A stretch of 64,000 nt of DNA from Terriglobia bacterium. Its GTDB lineage: Bacteria > Acidobacteriota > Polarisedimenticolia > Polarisedimenticolales > JAIQFR01. The notes under the pieces are model-generated. The model did not search any database. It saw only the letters and a list, made by a program, of their open reading frames with translations, and was not told where the DNA came from. A program made the position numbers and the translations under genes. Shown here in pieces: positions 60,503 through 64,000 of this stretch; positions within the stretch are counted from its first letter, which is position 1; every line of letters begins with the position of its first letter. The DNA is taken from assembly GCA_963748015.1 (NCBI GenBank), contig CAVVHE010000004.1, positions 2,016,001 to 2,080,000 of the forward strand, in the 5' to 3' direction.

Positions 60503-60817
60503 CTACTTCGCCCCCGCCGGTTTCGCGCCGGACTCGCGGGCGACGAGCTCCATCGCCCGGTCGATCGGGATCGCGACGACCCCCTTCTGCGGATCCACGA
60601 CGCGGTAGCCGTTCAGGCGGCCGAGCTGCTCGGCGCGGAGGCTCTCCAGTTCGGCCGCGGGCGCGCTGGTCACCTTGCGGGCCAGCTCGGCGTCCTCGGC
60701 GTGCCGGAAGATCGCCTGCAGGAAGACGATCGCCACGAACAAGAGGATCGCGCCGACGAGGCCGACGACGACCGTCAGCGGGGTGTTGGGATCGCCGCCG
60801 TCCTTCACGCCGCGCAC
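60503..60817 (-). CDS. actG: Alternative complex III subunit ActG-like
   Basis: Single TM plus LNGYRVVDPQKGVVAIPIDRAMELV; directly downstream of actF. Confidence 0.65.
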   Translation of the reverse strand: MRGVKDGGDPNTPLTVVVGLVGAILLFVAIVFLQAIFRHAEDAELARKVTSAPAAELESLRAEQLGRLNGYRVVDPQKGVVAIPIDRAMELVARESGAKPAGAK

Positions 60818-60818
60818 C

Positions 60819-62026
60819 TCACACGTTCTCGAAGCGGAGCGACTCGCCGAGCCGCGGGTCCTTGAGGGGTACGAGGGGCAACGTCTTGAGGCGCGCCGCC
60901 GCGGCGGCGAAGACGAGGCCGCCGATCGCGACGAAGCAGAGCGCGTCGAGGAGCCCCGGCGTCCCGGACGCGCGCCCCGGCTTCACGAGCCAGTAGAGAT
61001 CCGCCAGGTGCATGAGGAGGATCCACGCGGCCATCGGGATCAGCATCCCCGGCCGGCGCTTCGGGAAGCGGGACAGCAGGGCCACGAACGGGAGCAGGAA
61101 GTGGCCGGCGAGCAGCAGCACGCTCACCCAGACCCAGCCCCCCTGCTGACGCGTCCGGTACCAGACGGTCTCCTCGGGCAGGTTGGCGTACCACATGAGC
61201 ATGTACTGCGAGAAGGCGATGTACGCCCAGAAGACGACGAAGGCGAAGACCAGCTTGCCCATGTCGTGGTAGTGCTCCATCGACACCGCGTGGCGCATGT
61301 ACCCGCGCCCCTGGAGCAGGGAAACCAGGAGGGGCAACAGCGCGAAGAAGCCGACGACGGCCCCCGCGAAGAAGTACACGCCGAAGATCGTGCTGGACCA
61401 GTGCGGGTTCAGCGACATCAGCCAGTCGAACGCGAAGAACGTCACGGTCAGCGCGAAGAGGATCGTCCCCGGCGCCGCGAGACGCTCGAGCCCGACGGTG
61501 AGCTTCGGGTCGCCCGTGGCATCCTGCGCTCGCGAGCGCGAGCCGAAGCGCCAGGCGAGCGAGATCCAGACGGTGAAGTAGACCGCGGCGCGCGCGACGA
61601 AGAACGGGACGTTGAGGTACGCCCGCTTCGCCTCGATCGCGGCCGCGTGCGCGCCGTGCGCCCCGTGCGCCCCGCCGGCCCACGGGTAGAGCTCGCCCAG
61701 CCCGAACAGGAGGGGGATCCCGAGGATCGCGAGCGGCAACAGGGTCGAGGCGACGATTTCGGCGAGCCGGCGCACGACGACGCTCCAGCCGGCCCGCGTC
61801 AGGTGCTGCAGCATCACGAAGAACAGCGCGCCGAGAGCCAGGCTCAGGAAGAACACGCAGCCCACGAGCCACGCGTAAGGAACCGGCTCCACCCCGCGCC
61901 GCCGTACGCCGCACCGAGCGCACCGAGAAGCGCGACGATGCCCACGACGCCGCCGGTCAGCGCCCAGCGCCCCGCCCGCTCTCCGACGACGAGCGCGTCC
62001 TTCGAGATGTCCGCGGGGCCGTGCAC
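60819..62026 (-). CDS. actF: Alternative complex III membrane subunit ActF, frameshift near 61890
   Basis: [54 protein letters not shown]. Confidence 0.88.
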
Positions 62027-62042
62027 GCTACTCCCCTCGATC

Positions 62043-62691
62043 TCAGCGGAGCCCGGAGCGGACGTCCTGGGGGACGTCCTCGATCCGGGCGTTCTGGCTC
62101 CGCTGCAGCGCCCGGACGTAGGCCACGATCGCCCAGCGGTCCTCGACGGGATCTGCGGGCCGTAGGCCGGCATCGTTCGGATGCCGTTGCGTGATCGTGT
62201 TGAAGAGGTGCCCCGCCGGCCTCGCGCGGACCGCGTCGGCGTGGAAGGACGAGCGGCGGCACCCAGGTCCCTTCCTGCAGGCGGTCGGCGCGCTTCGCGA
62301 CGATGCCGTCGCCGTACCCGGCGAGGCCGTGGCACGGGGCGCAGTAGATGCCGAAGCGCTCCTGGCCGCGCTTCATGAGCGACTCGGTGACCGGCACCGG
62401 GATCGCCGTCGACCCAGTCCCGTCGGTCTTGCCCGGTGGTCAGCGCCTCGTCCTCGTCGCAGCTGGCCGCGCGCCACGGTTCCCGGCGACCGGGAGCGCT
62501 GCCGCGCGCCCGTCGGCGAAGAGCGGGTTCGCGCTGCTGGCTCTTGAACTCGGCCTGGTTCGTCCATGTCCGGAACGAGCTGGATCCGCGGCCGCGGGGA
62601 CAGGCGTACCGCGCGCCGCCGCGACGCAGCGCGAACGGCACGAGGCCAGGGCCGCGAGGAGGACGAGGGCGAAGACGACCCAGCGCGGCAT
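62043..62691 (-). CDS. actE: Alternative complex III monoheme cytochrome c ActE, frameshifted
   Basis: [41 protein letters not shown]. Confidence 0.85.
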
Positions 62692-62694
62692 CGC

Positions 62695-63246
62695 TCAGTC
62701 CTCCACCGGCTCGACGTGGACGTCCGCCGAGCGACGCCAGGAGCGCCGCGCGTCTTCTCCGGATCGAACTTCGGGTCCGCCGCCTCGATCGCTGATGAAG
62801 AAGCGGTCCGTCGTCGCGCGCCGGAACCGCTCGTTGCGCGAAGAGCGGGTGGTGAAGCGCGGGAGCCCGTTCAGCGCCAGCATCCCGACGAACGCGGCGA
62901 GCGCGCCAGGAGGATCGTCAGCTCGAACGCGACCGGGATGTTCGCCGGCAGGCTGAAGAGCGGCTTGCCGCTGATCAGGAACGGGTAGTCGACGGCGTTC
63001 GTCCACCACTGCAGCAGGATGCCGCCGACCGCCCCCGCGAGCCCGCCGCCGAGCACGAGCCACGGCAGCTGCGTCGAGCCGGATGCCCATCGCGTCGTCG
63101 AGGCCGTGCACCGGGAACGGCGTGTGGGCGTCCCAGCTGCCTGAAGCCCGCGTCGCGCACCTTCTCGCAGGCCGCGAGCAACGCCTCCGGCCGTCGCGAA
63201 CTCGGCGAGCACGCCGTCGAGGCGCGGCTTCGCCGGCGCTCGCCGC

Positions 63247-63250
<4 letters not shown>
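62695..63250 (-). CDS. actD: Alternative complex III subunit ActD (DUF3341), frameshifted
   Basis: GVLAEF, HGLDDAMG, YPFLISGKP, PVAFELTIL, NGLPR. Confidence 0.85.

Positions 63251-64000
<750 letters not shown>

Overview
GC-rich bacterial chromosomal window. Gene content (ECF/FecR, VPS10-like, S46 and M16 peptidases, ACIII-caa3) is compatible with an Acidobacteriota-like organism; this is inference only. In order: an ECF sigma/anti-sigma/ABC operon; MATE; small lipoproteins; tRNA-Val(TAC); an OppA-like/GH3/GH29 cluster; tRNA-Asp(GTC) followed by about 5 kb of integrase-free cargo split by three copies of the tRNA 3' end, two of them preceded by the same arm-site-like module (cargo: TPR-M48 protease, decayed MntA-HepT, alpha/beta hydrolase); an RHH-Doc TA pair; an RluA-like gene lacking the catalytic Asp and flanked by direct repeats; a hybrid kinase; cysteine synthase; S46; a VPS10-like protein; a serine protease; TauE; sthA; FKBP; glgX; truA; ferritin; PilZ; an M16 pair with a candidate sRNA upstream; ctaA; a Cys-less DUF3179; a MITE-like element; and the 3' part of an alternative complex III + SCO + A2-type caa3 oxidase operon with many indels that are probably sequencing errors. 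All calls come from reading motifs by eye; no database searches were run.
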